Assembly (NCBI GenBank): GCA_000708835.1
Contig: DF237460.1
Coordinates: 1-41,986 of the forward strand
Reading direction: 5' to 3'
Length of the DNA: 41,986 nt
Source of the DNA: Klebsormidium nitens
Lineage: Eukaryota; Plantae; Klebsormidiophyceae
Part shown: in pieces, positions 12,742 through 24,044 of the stretch
How the letters are laid out: every line of letters begins with the position of its first letter
How positions within the stretch are numbered: position 1 is the first letter of the stretch
Made by a program: the position numbers and the translations under genes
Notes under the pieces: generated by a model
Databases searched by the model: none
What the model saw: only the letters and a program-made list of their open reading frames with translations
What the model was told of the DNA's origin: nothing

Positions 12742-12771
12742 AGACTCTAGCATACATGTATGCTAGAGTCT
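12742..12771. repeat. Perfect 30-bp palindrome
   Basis: AGACTCTAGCATACA|TGTATGCTAGAGTCT, with no spacer. Confidence 0.95.
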
Positions 12772-13770
12772 GAACTACAAGCATACTACATGTATACTTA
12801 TAGATTTACTAAGTCTTGTAGTCTCGTAGCCTGTGTACTTTCATAGACTGCACTCTAATATCGGCCTATTGATTTGACATGCGTATACCTCCGACCTCAT
12901 CACGGCATGTGCACAGCGCAAAAAATGGCACGTCCGTATACTGCTAAAGTCTAAGTGTGGGATCGAAAGGCCGCCGGCCACGCTGCGGGGCCCCGCGGGC
13001 CCCGGGACAGTGGCAGCTAGTCGATTGACGTACGTACGATCTCTTTTATTCATGTGCGGCGCCACCATCGTGGCCGGATGCCGCGGTCGTCATGCGCCTT
13101 TGATCATGCCAGCCCATGAGCGTGAATTATGCGAATATGTAAATCTTCAAGTGCCATATGTGCATGGGCTCGCATACATTGATGTCGGACCATACCATCA
13201 TGCAAATTATTTCAAGTAGTAACAGTTGGACGTACGTATGCGATTTGTGAATGTTGCATGATGGAGGCGGCTGCTTCAAACGTGATGCCTATTGACTTTA
13301 GCCCGACGAGAGTGTCTCTAGATCTTGAGTCCGACTTGGAATTGGCCATCCGATCAGCTGCACCGCGCGTCCGCGTCCGGATTTTGAGCATCTCGCACCC
13401 ACTTCTTTCATGTATACACATAATCAATCGTATGCCTCGGTAGATCGAAGTTGAGAACGTTTCGAAACATACAGAACCACCCTGGCATCGTGTGGTTGAA
13501 TAAGGTCAGGAGATGGAGTTGACGGTCCGATCGATTTCCGGGAATGAATTTCGGCGATGAAAGTTGCGTCAATCAGGCAATCTCCTCCTCTTTATTTCAT
13601 CAGGCCTTGATTCTGCAATATTTGTAACCTGGTAATTGCAACTCATCTCGACACACGTCCTAAGCTCAATGCACTAGTTCTAAAAACTCGATGTATGATC
13701 TCATGACATCTCCGTGAGACCGCCCCATCCGTCCCTGCTGAACAGCGCTGCACAATGCCCTCTGCTCTGA

Positions 13771-16700
13771 TTATGTGCTCGTTGGCATAGCCACACAGCT
13801 CTTCTTGTGCTCCTTCCAACCAGCGCGCTGACACTCGGGGCTGCAGTACCGGGCGCCTCTGCACATTGATAGAAGGAAAGAGCGAGGCCCCCCTGATAAG
13901 TGAACGATGTCGTATGCTCGCGACAACAGACCGACTTCTGCAGACGATTTATACTCAACATCGAGCAGCCGTTTGGAAAGTGTAAGGGTAGGCGCTGCGC
14001 ATTCAAGTGAGCGGCTTCGGTTGTCCATTCATCACATGCTTGGCAACTCCATGGTGTTTGTACTAAGGGCGTGATACCTTATGGTTGGAGCAGAAATAAT
14101 GTGGTGAATCGCATCCCGTGCCCATGCAAAGTCGTAGCTGCTCTCTGGGCTTTCCCAAAGAAATTGCACTGCGCCGGAGACTGGGTTATTGTACCGGGTT
14201 TCGGGGCTTGACTGCTTACTTGCATCGGGAGCACCGCTTGAGCTCTCCTGAGAACTTGGCCGCCCAGCACTCGTCGCACGGCAGTTGCACCCCGGTCTGG
14301 TCGGGCGACACCAGCCCCTGTCCCAGAAAGCGCCGCAGCAATTCCGCGGCCTTCATTCGGGCGTCCGCCTGGATGGTGGTCCCGGCAGCAACGCGAACTA
14401 GAGTGGAAACGACTGCGGGAGACAGCGCGCCGGGCGGGAGGTCTTCGACCGAAAGGAAGGAGAGCTAGAACTTCAGCACGGGCTGCGAAGGAAGAAGAGA
14501 CTAGTCAGACCACAATCAGGCTTTAAATCAACTATGGTCTTCTCCTTTCGCGGAAGCCGACCGGAGAACAAGGACAACACGTAAGCAAGTTGCGAGGAAG
14601 AGAGCCCAAGCAGAGCCAGTCGCAACTGAAAAGAAGGAAAGGCATGAAGCATAGTAAGAGTTCCATCATTTCCAAGCAAGTAAAGATGTAAAGAGTAGCA
14701 AAGAGTTTTGGGGTTTGCAGCCTCGTGCTCCTCTTGCAGCAAGAGGAGCAAAGGGTTTTGCATTCAGTTACTGTTTGAGGACGAGACGAGACAAGACTCT
14801 TCAGATTCAGAGTCTTGCACACAGACGCTACTAGTACTTTTATGATCTTTCTGCTTGCGCTAGGGCAGTTTAAATGCAGATTGGCAAACTTTTGATGCAC
14901 GTACTTCAGTCAGCAATGTTTGTCGTTACATGACTAGGATCAAAATCCGCCGAACAGGAACGCGCAAGGAAGAATGGATTCATCATGTTCTTACATTGTA
15001 CGCCTCCACTCTTCGCGCATCAAATCCGAGTCGCACGTTCGAGTCAAGAGTGTTGATGACGTAGTCTGTCGCAGCTGCAAGCACTCCCTCCTGGCGGACG
15101 ATATCCGATGCTGCGGCTCTGTCCTCGATTCTGCCGAATGACGTCACGAAGATTAGTGTTTTGCTTGAAGTTCTTCGTTGCATTTGACTCAACCTTACGC
15201 AACCTTATCGGTTGAAGGAACATCAGATGAGCTCAAAATATAATATTTTGGAGCGTAGACTCATCATCGAGCGACTCTTATTACGAACTTGCCGGAATAA
15301 ATCTCCCTTCAACTGTGGAAAACCTTCATTTCTACGATTGTAGAGACTGAATGTCGCTTTCCGTTGGGATGGGTTGCCGTTTCAGCAGGAATTGGTAGGG
15401 ATGCGAAATAGATTTCTTCCCTGAATTGCGATGTTTTCACAATGTGGCAAATCCAACGCACCTGTCGCTGATCAACATTCTGTCGACCATGCTGAGAGCT
15501 GCGATAGAGGCGGAGAGCTCGTAGTCCCAGTGGGTGATGACCCAAACCATGCTGATGGCAAAGTCTGCAATGCAAAAGCCTGGTCCTTTGCAGTACAAAT
15601 ATTTGCGATTTACGTTAATCCTAAAGAGCCGTGCGCTCTTGCTTTCAGAAAGGGGCTTTGAGTGTCTGTACGCCACGGAATCCGATACATGCAATTGGAC
15701 GATCTTGTCTAACGAAGCAATCCGGCGGTGATCGCCCAAGGATCCCTCCTTCCAAGCAGGCTTCCTCTTGATCATCCCTCAAGAAAAATGGTCGACCTTG
15801 GCTGCCAGTTCACGTGGACTGCCGCAGTAATCTTTGTGCTGGTCTGTGTATCCCTTTTCAGCTTCCGTGATTGACCCTCTAACCCCGGCACCTTAGCGTG
15901 CGCTTTTCTGACGCGGTCTAGTGCAACCTAACATTTTCAGATGCAACCTAGCACGAGGCAATCGATGTACTACTTGCCAGTGAGATAACCCCTCTTGCCC
16001 TCTCTCACCTGGACCGGCCCTCATCTCTTCACCAAACAGATCGAATCTGTTCGAGAGGTTTGCCAAGACGTTCGCCAAGACCTCCAGCATCTTGCAGAAG
16101 TTGATGAGCCGCGCGTCGCACGGAACATCGCTCGCGCGCGCGGCCATGTGCGCGAGCACGCTCAGCAGCTTGCGGACGACGCCCTTCTCGAACAGTGACG
16201 CGATGGCCTCGGCCGCGATGTCTAGGAAACGAGAAGCTGTTTTTCGGACAGAAACCGGGAGACGAAAAGAATCCTGGGGAACTGTAAGTTTCCTGTTTCC
16301 TTGCATTGACACAACTCTGAGCTTGACGTCCTGATTTGCTTCGTGACATTGATTTTGTCGTCTCGACCTCCTCGAGATTCACTTGGCGGAGCGGGAACCT
16401 GTGTATGAAATTCTTCGAAGGCTACCTAGCCCAGGGTACACAGAATGCATCGACGTCAAAAACAGCTCAATGCTGATGGATGATTTGAAATCCAAAGCTC
16501 CAGTCGATTTAATCGGAAAAAACGCATTATCCCTCCCCATGGATACCTGAACAGTTTTGACCTAAGCTGTTTCAGTTTGCATCTCTTTGCCGTAGACTGG
16601 TTTGCCGCTGATTGTACCACAAGGAACCAGATAAATGGAGAATTTGTCAGACGACTCGAGGAGGGACGAATTGAGGGGGATTCTATAACCACAAAAGGAT

Positions 16701-17886
16701 CGAAGGGATCCAGTTGACGACCTGTAAGCGATATCCTGTTTGGAACCTCGTTGATCCCTCTGAAAGCGCTCTTAGAAAGCGGCCCCCATTGTGGAAGAAC
16801 TGCCACAAATCCTGTTGAATCTCGGGAGCAGGGAAAGCATCTGCATATAAGCAACTCGGGGAAGCTTATAAGTTTGCAAAAGAATCTCACGGACGGGTGA
16901 TTCACTCTTGTGTGGACAAGACAGTTATTACGTACCTTCCTGGTGCTCGGTGATCGCTCCGGACATAAAACTCAAGAAAGATAATAGTAAGCCAAGATAA
17001 TAGTAAGCTCCGCCTAACACTAAAAACCCTAACCATAAAGGACACCCGCTCCGCACCTGTACCCACCCTAACCACCAAACTAACCCTACCCGTCCTAGTG
17101 CGGTTACCTTACTATTATCTTGGCTTACTATTATTTTTCTTGAGTTTGATGCTCCGGACGTACCCAGCTGTCCGCTCCACATCTTCCGCATGACGGACTG
17201 TGGGAGCACCAGGGCGCCGAAGACCTTGATCATCCATGCAGCGCATGTGCCGCCCTCTGATCGCGAATCCAATGTCTTCTGCTTACGCGGCACGTGTGAA
17301 GCAAAAAAGCGGTGTGCTTCCCCCACTTCTCGAGAGGGCACGCATCACGTACGACTGGAAAGCAAGCTAGCCAACGTCTGCACATATGCATGAGGCGCAT
17401 GCAAGTCTCCGTTCCCAACGTCTCTGCTACTTTTCCGCGAGGCAGTCACTTCTGACTTCGCAATTTCCACCTGACGAATTGGGTGAGACCATGCGCCAGA
17501 TATCGCAACCGAAAAGCATCGTGAATGACAGTGTCGAACCCAGCGCGCGGGGCTTTCCGCAACTTCTCGACGTGGCCCGTGAACAATTTATTCCTAGTTT
17601 CTGCAACGGTGACATTCAAAGATTCGAGCAGCCACGCTTCAGGGTCGTGCGTGACATGGTTGATTTCAGCTGAAAGGAATCGAGGTGAGACTGGCGCCCA
17701 CGTGCAAAAAGATGGCTGCGAAGCTTGCACGGAACTTGCCGCCGCTTGGGTACTCGGTTTAGAGTGTCCGGCTTCACAACCTTGGAAAGCGCTCTTTTTC
17801 CCATTTTGCCTTCGGGTAGTTCTGCGTTCTTTCATCGTCCCATCGGTGCCCCCAAGTGGAAAGGGAGGGTTACGATACCCAATCAA
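13771..17886 (-). CDS. Predominantly helical (ARM-like?) protein with C-terminal MYND zinc finger; 5' end uncertain
   Basis: Exons: about 17886/17669-17476, 17278-17164 (or to 16936), 16221-16009, 15564-15462, 15130-14995, 14464 (or 14482)-14220, 13858-13771. Splicing the last two exons gives CDECWAAKFSGELKRCSRCKGARYCSPECQRAGWKEHKKSC, a complete zf-MYND. Phases from exon 17278 onward are consistent. The 17476 donor (GTCAGG) and the start are tentative. Confidence 0.78.
14726..14817. repeat. Two adjacent intronic inverted repeats (hairpins)
   Basis: TGCTCCTCTTGC-A-GCAAGAGGAGCA (14726-14750) and CAAGACTCT-8nt-AGAGTCTTG (14792-14817). Confidence 0.85.
16956..17159. mobile_element. MITE (186 bp) with about 43-bp TIRs and a 9-bp flanking direct repeat, inside the MYND gene
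   Basis: Direct repeat GCTCCGGAC at 16956-16964 and 17151-17159. TIR ATAAAACTCAAGAAAGATAATAGTAAGCCAAGATAATAGTAAG (16965-17007) matches the reverse complement of 17108-17150 with about 2 mismatches. C/A-rich core with CCCTAACC motifs. Confidence 0.85.
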
Positions 17887-18137
17887 ATAGCTAAAGGCAG
17901 GAGCGGCTTGGGTAGGCTCTAGCTGGTTGGCCGGCTTTCTTGCAAGGGAAAGGTCTCCTGTCTCTTTTGAAGAGGCTCAGGAATGGAAGTGACCGGCTAC
18001 GCATGATTGAGCTTGCACGTTGAATCTTAGCTCTGTCTGCACAAAAGGTGCGAGTTTCGTGGGACTCCTAGCTCTGTTGAGCAGAAGGTGCTGGATTACA
18101 GCTTCTGAAGATCGATGATTACGAGGTTCTGGGAAGA

Positions 18138-21100
18138 ATGGCGCGAGGGACATCTCTCTTTGCGCAGGGATTGGCCAACCTGTTCCTAGGGTTTTCAATT
18201 TTCGCCCCGGCACTCTCAGCCGTTTATGCCCAAGCGCCCCCCCCTTTTCCCCCCGGCTCAAACGGCAGCTCCAATGGCAGCTCGGGGGTTCCCCCCGGGT
18301 TTCTACAGGTTAGCGCTGACCAGCCCCCGGACACGGTATTAGGATACAATCTGACCGGTTTCATGGACACGAACGCCTACTACGGACCGTACGGAAATGT
18401 CCAAACGGACACTAACGCAGTGCCCGAGCCTAACGTTGACGCGAGCTTGGTTCCCCCCGGGTGCCACGTCTTCAACCGGTGGGCGATTGCCAACTACACC
18501 GGGCCACTGCCCTGCCAGACAAACGGACAGCCGTCGCCGCCCTCGGGGCCTCCATGCCTGGTAAGACTCGTTGAGCGTCACCAGGACTTTGGTTCCTTTG
18601 AAGAAGATGAAGATTGCTCAATTGTGGCGTCCTTTCTGATCCTAGCTAGTGGTAGGCACTGTTTAACTCGCAAAATCATGAAATATGGAGACTCTTTCTG
18701 CTTTACCGTCGAGGCTCTTGGCACTAGGAAGGTCATCCATGTGCATCACATATGAAGGCTTGGGTGGTGCTATGTTTGGATTCGTGAGCAACAACGACTC
18801 GCTGCATTATCTACTCATGAGAATTGAGCGAATTGGATAGTTCTTTTGAGCAAGCAGGCAAAGCGTCCGTCGGCTGAACTGCAATGGATGCGACCCGCAT
18901 ATTACAATTGGATTATCTGCTGCCAAGAGCAGTGCACGGGATGGGCAACTGAATCTCTTACTCTTGCAAATATGCAGAACATTGCCGGGAGGATTGCCCT
19001 CGTCACAGGAGCATCGACCGGTGAGCCTTTTATACCGGGAATCGCTCATTTCAAAAACCATTTTGATGGACCAGTTCAGCCATTGAACACAGAAAGTGGG
19101 GTTATTCTGCAAGGGTATTGTCTGACAAGGTGTTTAGTTCGACCGGTGCATTTACTTGAGCCAGCCTGCGAGACGCGAGCTGGTCCACGTTCGTGATGTC
19201 TTCGATCCTGTTAGCAGCGTCTTAGCGCAAGGATCGGTTTCGGGTACGGCCCGGGCTGCTTCAAGTTGATCAAGCATCTTAAAGAGCTGGCGCTTCGGCC
19301 TTGACAAGGCGTAACGGAGCGTCACGACCAATTACCCAGGAGGTCGTCAGCCGCATCTCCGGCACCTTCTCCAAAGCGCACATAAGAAACTATTGAATGT
19401 TCTTATGTGAATGTACTTCTGGCAAGGATTGCTTGTCGAGCTTCCCCTGCCGCGTCTACCACCCGCTAAAAAGAGCTTCATTTTACACCCCAGGCATCGG
19501 CCGCGCGGCCGCGGATCGGCTGGCGGCCGCGGGCGCGATCGTGATCGGGACTTCGCGGTACCCGTGGCGGTACCCACAGCCGCCCAATTGGCAGCTGTAT
19601 CAGCTGGACCAGACGTCGGATGATTCAGTGAAGCAACTCATAAACCGCATCGCGGCCAACTACGGCGAAATTGACTTCCTCTATCTGAACGCGGGTACGT
19701 GGCCCAGTCTGAAGGCCTCGCATCGTCAGATTTTTTAGTTTGCTTCCACAAGCACTGAGGATCATGAAGGATGCGTACGAACCGCTGGTTGATGGATTCT
19801 ACTGCAGTCGTGCTTTGTCTGCACAGCTCATGTTCTATTTCTCGGAGTTAAGCATCGATCGAGCATTTGGCTCCGTCATTCTTTACGCCTCAAGAGCAGC
19901 CTTCAGGTCAGTGGTGTCTTCGCAGTGCCTCAGGCGCACCCGTATTCTTTGCCTTCATCTGTCAAGAGGCTGTGGAAGGAACGAATCTACCCAATGCATA
20001 TAAGCCGGGAGTTAGTCTTTCTTTTCCTACGATCGTGAACAACCTCAAAATAAACTTCTGAATGGCCTTGGATTCTGACGTTTCCTCGTGCGCCTCTACC
20101 TACAGGGCGGCTGTTCATCGGGGACATCGTGAACAGCGACCTGCGGCAATTTCAGCTCACGTTCGACACCAACTTCTGGGGCCCCGTGAGAGTCCTTCAG
20201 GCGGCACTTCGCTTGATGCCCACTACGGGTGAGTACACTGGACAGATTCTTGGGTACTGCGGACAGGCCGTTGGAGGAAGTAATGTACATCGTCAAGTAT
20301 CTTTCAAAAAGGCTTTCTGCTCAGTCGGGCGCTCTGCTCTGCGCACCTCGAAGCGTTCCAGATTGAATCAAATGCGCGGAGCCATAGCAGGCTCGTCCTG
20401 TAATCAAGCTCTCAGCGCGACGGCCAACTGTCAGCTGCTTTTGATCGATAGTAATCGTTTCAATGGTGTTTCAATATATGGCTGGTCTGTTGTGCCCCAT
20501 TTATCGGGCCCCTGACCCTCTCCTGACTGATCTCACCCGTCAAATAAAACATAGCCTGCTCGCTTGTTACCGGTCTCTTGAAGCCGTAAGGGTTCATCTC
20601 ACCCTTGACTCCTCCGACCATTTTTCCAGGCTACGCGCGCATTCTCCTGACCAGTTCCATAGCCTCCCTGTACGGCAGCCCCGGTTCCCTGCCGTACACG
20701 GTTTCCAAGTGGGGCCTCCGCGCTCTCCAGGAGACCTGGGATTCCACCGGGGCAGCCCCCGGGAGCACGCCCAGTAACATCGACGTCATCGCCATCATGC
20801 CCGGAACGATCAACACCAGCCTCGGCTACAACGCCATCTACGGTGAGCGCGCGCGCACGCGCAATCGCGCCTCCCACGACGACGCGAAATGATATGTCGG
20901 GTGAAGAAGCCCTAGGTTTTGGTTCCACCCAAAGGTCCGACGTAGCTCCGCTTTATGAATCTGTGCGGCTTTTTTACTGGGCTTTCCACCCGGATCAGTC
21001 ATAGGGGCCACAAGCGAAGTCCGCAAAGAGTCGGCATGTTCTGTCCAGCCCACTGAGAGATTCTGGAAGGATTTGCTACGACCATTGACGTGTGCTGACC

Positions 21101-22172
21101 TTGAAGCCGAGAAACTGCGGTCGAATTTTATAAGTTGGCGACCCGCTTCAATTGGCGCCACTCAGACTTTTAAAGGACTGTACTTTGCACTTTCGACGGT
21201 CGATTCAAGCCCAAACCCTGCAATTTTACAGCTATTTCTCAAAATCACCATCACAAAGCCGAAGTCTTGTAGCAGACATAGAAAGTTCACTGGTGCGCTC
21301 TGCAACGTTCTGCTACGGCTGTCAGGGCAACCAGCAAGCAAGCAGGTAACTTGCGGTCCGAAGGTCAAGCCGCACAAGAATTTTGTACCATCACGCACAG
21401 AAAGATCTTATGAGTGACTAAAGCCCATCCCTTCTGATGACAAAGCTTGCCGCAGGTTGTCCTCAATTGGCTGACGCGGTGGGGGGCCAGGTGATCGAGT
21501 ACTACAAGAGTCAAGGCCTGAACCCCCGGGACGTGGGAGAAGCCGTCTACAGAATTGCGATCGACCCCGCGCCGCGGCCGCAGTACCTCATCATGCGGGA
21601 CGATCAATGGCCCACCATCATCCCCCTCCTCTGCAGGTACGGTCGAACACATCGAAACAAAGTTGGTGAAGTTCGGATCCAGTGCTTGAAAGTCAAGCCT
21701 TCCTCTCCTTCAGTCGTTTGGAAGCTCCCCTTGCCTCTGCTTCGTTTTCATGGTTTGAAATCAAGCATGTTGAACCTTAACTCCGATTGACCGAACAAAC
21801 CTTCGACACCGAGCTCTGCTCAGAACTTTCCCGCGAAACACCCAAAACGTCTTCTCGCAGTAGGCCCCATATCACCTTGCCTTGGAAGAGGAATCAGAGA
21901 CTGTCATCGAAAGCTTTGCGCAAAACTTTCCCCGTTGCTTCTTCGTGAACTTCGCCCCGATGCCCCCGACCTCCTGCAGGAGCGAGACGTTGCCTCTAGA
22001 CCAGGTTAATGTGAACACCCCGGCGGGGCCCAACATCAGCGCATGGCTGTCGAAAGAGGCGGCGGCGCGCTCCCAGTACACTTGCAGCGCAGCGTGTGGG
22101 GGCGCGCCGTCCTGTGGGCCGGGGCCGCTCGGGTCGGGGACGCTGGGCACCGGGACCATCGGGCCGTACTGA
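18138..22172 (+). CDS. Short-chain dehydrogenase/reductase (classical SDR) with N-terminal signal peptide and Pro/Gly-rich extension
   Basis: Exons 18138-18560, 18978-19020, 19494-19694, 20106-20228, 20630-20842, 21456-21636 are phase compatible, followed by a last exon from about 21861/21864 with an unresolved frame. Motifs: IALVTGASTGIG, IDFLYLNAG, DTNFWG, LLTSS, YTVSK (YxxxK), MPGTINT. Confidence 0.86.
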
Positions 22173-23883
22173 GTGGTGCCTAAAATCAGCCGAGAATGAG
22201 TGTCAATATAAGTTGGCAATACGCGAAGGGAGCAAGTTGCATCATGGCAAGAAGCTAGTCTCAATTCGGTGTTACATGGTATGATCAGTGACACTGGATG
22301 GACTTCCCCGTGTGCATGGCTCTGTTCTCTGTGATCGACATACAAGAAGTTAGGCATACTGGAACTATTCACATGATGGCGAAGGGATCGACACGCAATC
22401 CATGCATGGCCATCCACGGCCGAATTTCTTTGAGTTCAACGTACTCTGAGCTGCATGTTGAAGTATATTACAGATCCGTGGGCTATTGTTACTTTGATGT
22501 TCTAGCGACGCATCATGCAGCAACATACAGGCTTCTTGTCGGACCAATCGCAGGCTGAGGCCCGGGCTTGTAATGAAGCACGAAAGATTAGAACTTTTAA
22601 ACATGCATGCAGTACATAGCGGCGACTTTTAACCTCAGTGGCCTCTAAACGATACGGTAGTAGCTAGGGGCTGGCGCGGGAGAAAGAGCGGGCCACCGCG
22701 GGGAAAGAGCGGGCCGGCTACACCATGCCGACAGTCATTTTTGTAAATTCGTCGAAACCATGCCTTCTGCTGGCGATGATTCATCAACACGTCCTTACCG
22801 CTGTTCTCGTCTTCATTGACTGTACGTGATTTTGCGCAATCCAGTTCTGAAAGGGCCGTGATCGTTTGCTAAGGTTATTCAGTGGATGCTGCCAAGGTCG
22901 TATTGCAACATTCTAGCTCGTTTTTAATGACACAAAGCGTTGCCCGATGTGCTTACGTTTGTGCACCTTTGAAGGAATTCAATATCCTATCTGAACAACC
23001 CTTGTTACTGTACAGTGTGACCGGTTTTGCAACGCTCTGATCCGTATATCGCACTCTAATCTTATACACTCTAGACATTTATCACAAAACGCGTACGTGC
23101 TGAAACTGACCTAACTATGCTAACCATGAGTAGAATCTCGAAAGAAGCGGAAAGCAAGCAAGTTGCACCGAAAAGGTGACTCTGAGCAGTACCTACATTG
23201 TCACAGTGCGTGCAAAATCCGCGTGCAACGTAAATGACCCAACATCTGTCAGCTGATGAACAACCGATCGGATCATCACGACCGGCCCAGTCTTCTGACA
23301 ACGTTGCTGGCAACCCCGTTCATGGCGCGCTTCGTCCAGTTGACGGCGAACAGGTAGTGTCGAGGATACTCTGTACCAAACGGGACACCTCACCATCAGC
23401 GTTTTTGTGCAATCTGTCGTTCCTTTAAAAAAACTTTGGTCCCAGTACACCAACTTTAGGTCCGTGTTCAACAGGCCAGAAGAAAATGCAACTGCGGACC
23501 TTTGGAACATTTACAGTCTATGTTTTGAAAACGAGCAGATCAGACCCCAGACAAGAGATGGACACGTATTGTTGTCCCGGCTGACCATCCGCGGGACCGA
23601 GTTTTCGAAGAAGCTTCAAGTGCGCAGTTGAGCTTTTCAGAGACCTTGTGACCAGGGTGCTACTGAAAGAGTTTCTCGCGCGAACCGCCGGGCCAAAAAG
23701 GGCCCCTGAATTCGGGCGTAGCGCACCGCAGTTTGTGTCCCCGCTATGCATGCGCTCAGAATAACCCGACCCCAAAACAATCATCAGAGCGAGTTCCTCT
23801 CTTTTTGGATCGACGGAAACGAAATTTTCCGAGGAAGCGCTTCTCGCTGCGAAAATTGTTCCAGCCAGAGGGGCAAAGGGCCC

Positions 23884-23995
23884 CCCGGGCTCACTTCCCG
23901 GGAAGTGCGTCCCCCGCAGAACGTCCGTCGGGCGGCCATCAGGGTTTCAACATTACGAAGCGCATCTCGCAGTCCCCCCTTCCCCAGATCTTGCA
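23884..23995 (-). pseudogene. Degenerate copy of the PGM-like gene's terminal coding segment
   Basis: Homologous to 24093-24209: VQDLGKG--DCEMRFVMLKP/DGRPTDVLRGTHFPG vs VKELTRGFRNAEMRSVVLNARGRPVDVLRGTHFPG, with a 6-nt deletion and a +1 frameshift. Confidence 0.7.
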
Positions 23996-24044
23996 CTCAA
24001 ATTGTGGTACCCAAAAAAAGACCCCCCGGAGTCACCTCTCCGCC

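Noticed and set aside
16965-17150. The MITE repeats as a CRISPR array or telomere remnant
   Set aside because: The repeats are inverted with only two motif copies and no spacers. CCCTAACC motifs are isolated, not tandem telomeric arrays.
22676-22715. Twice-repeated GAAAGAGCGGGCC resembling a transposon terminus
   Set aside because: No matching inverted end or TSD was found in the window.
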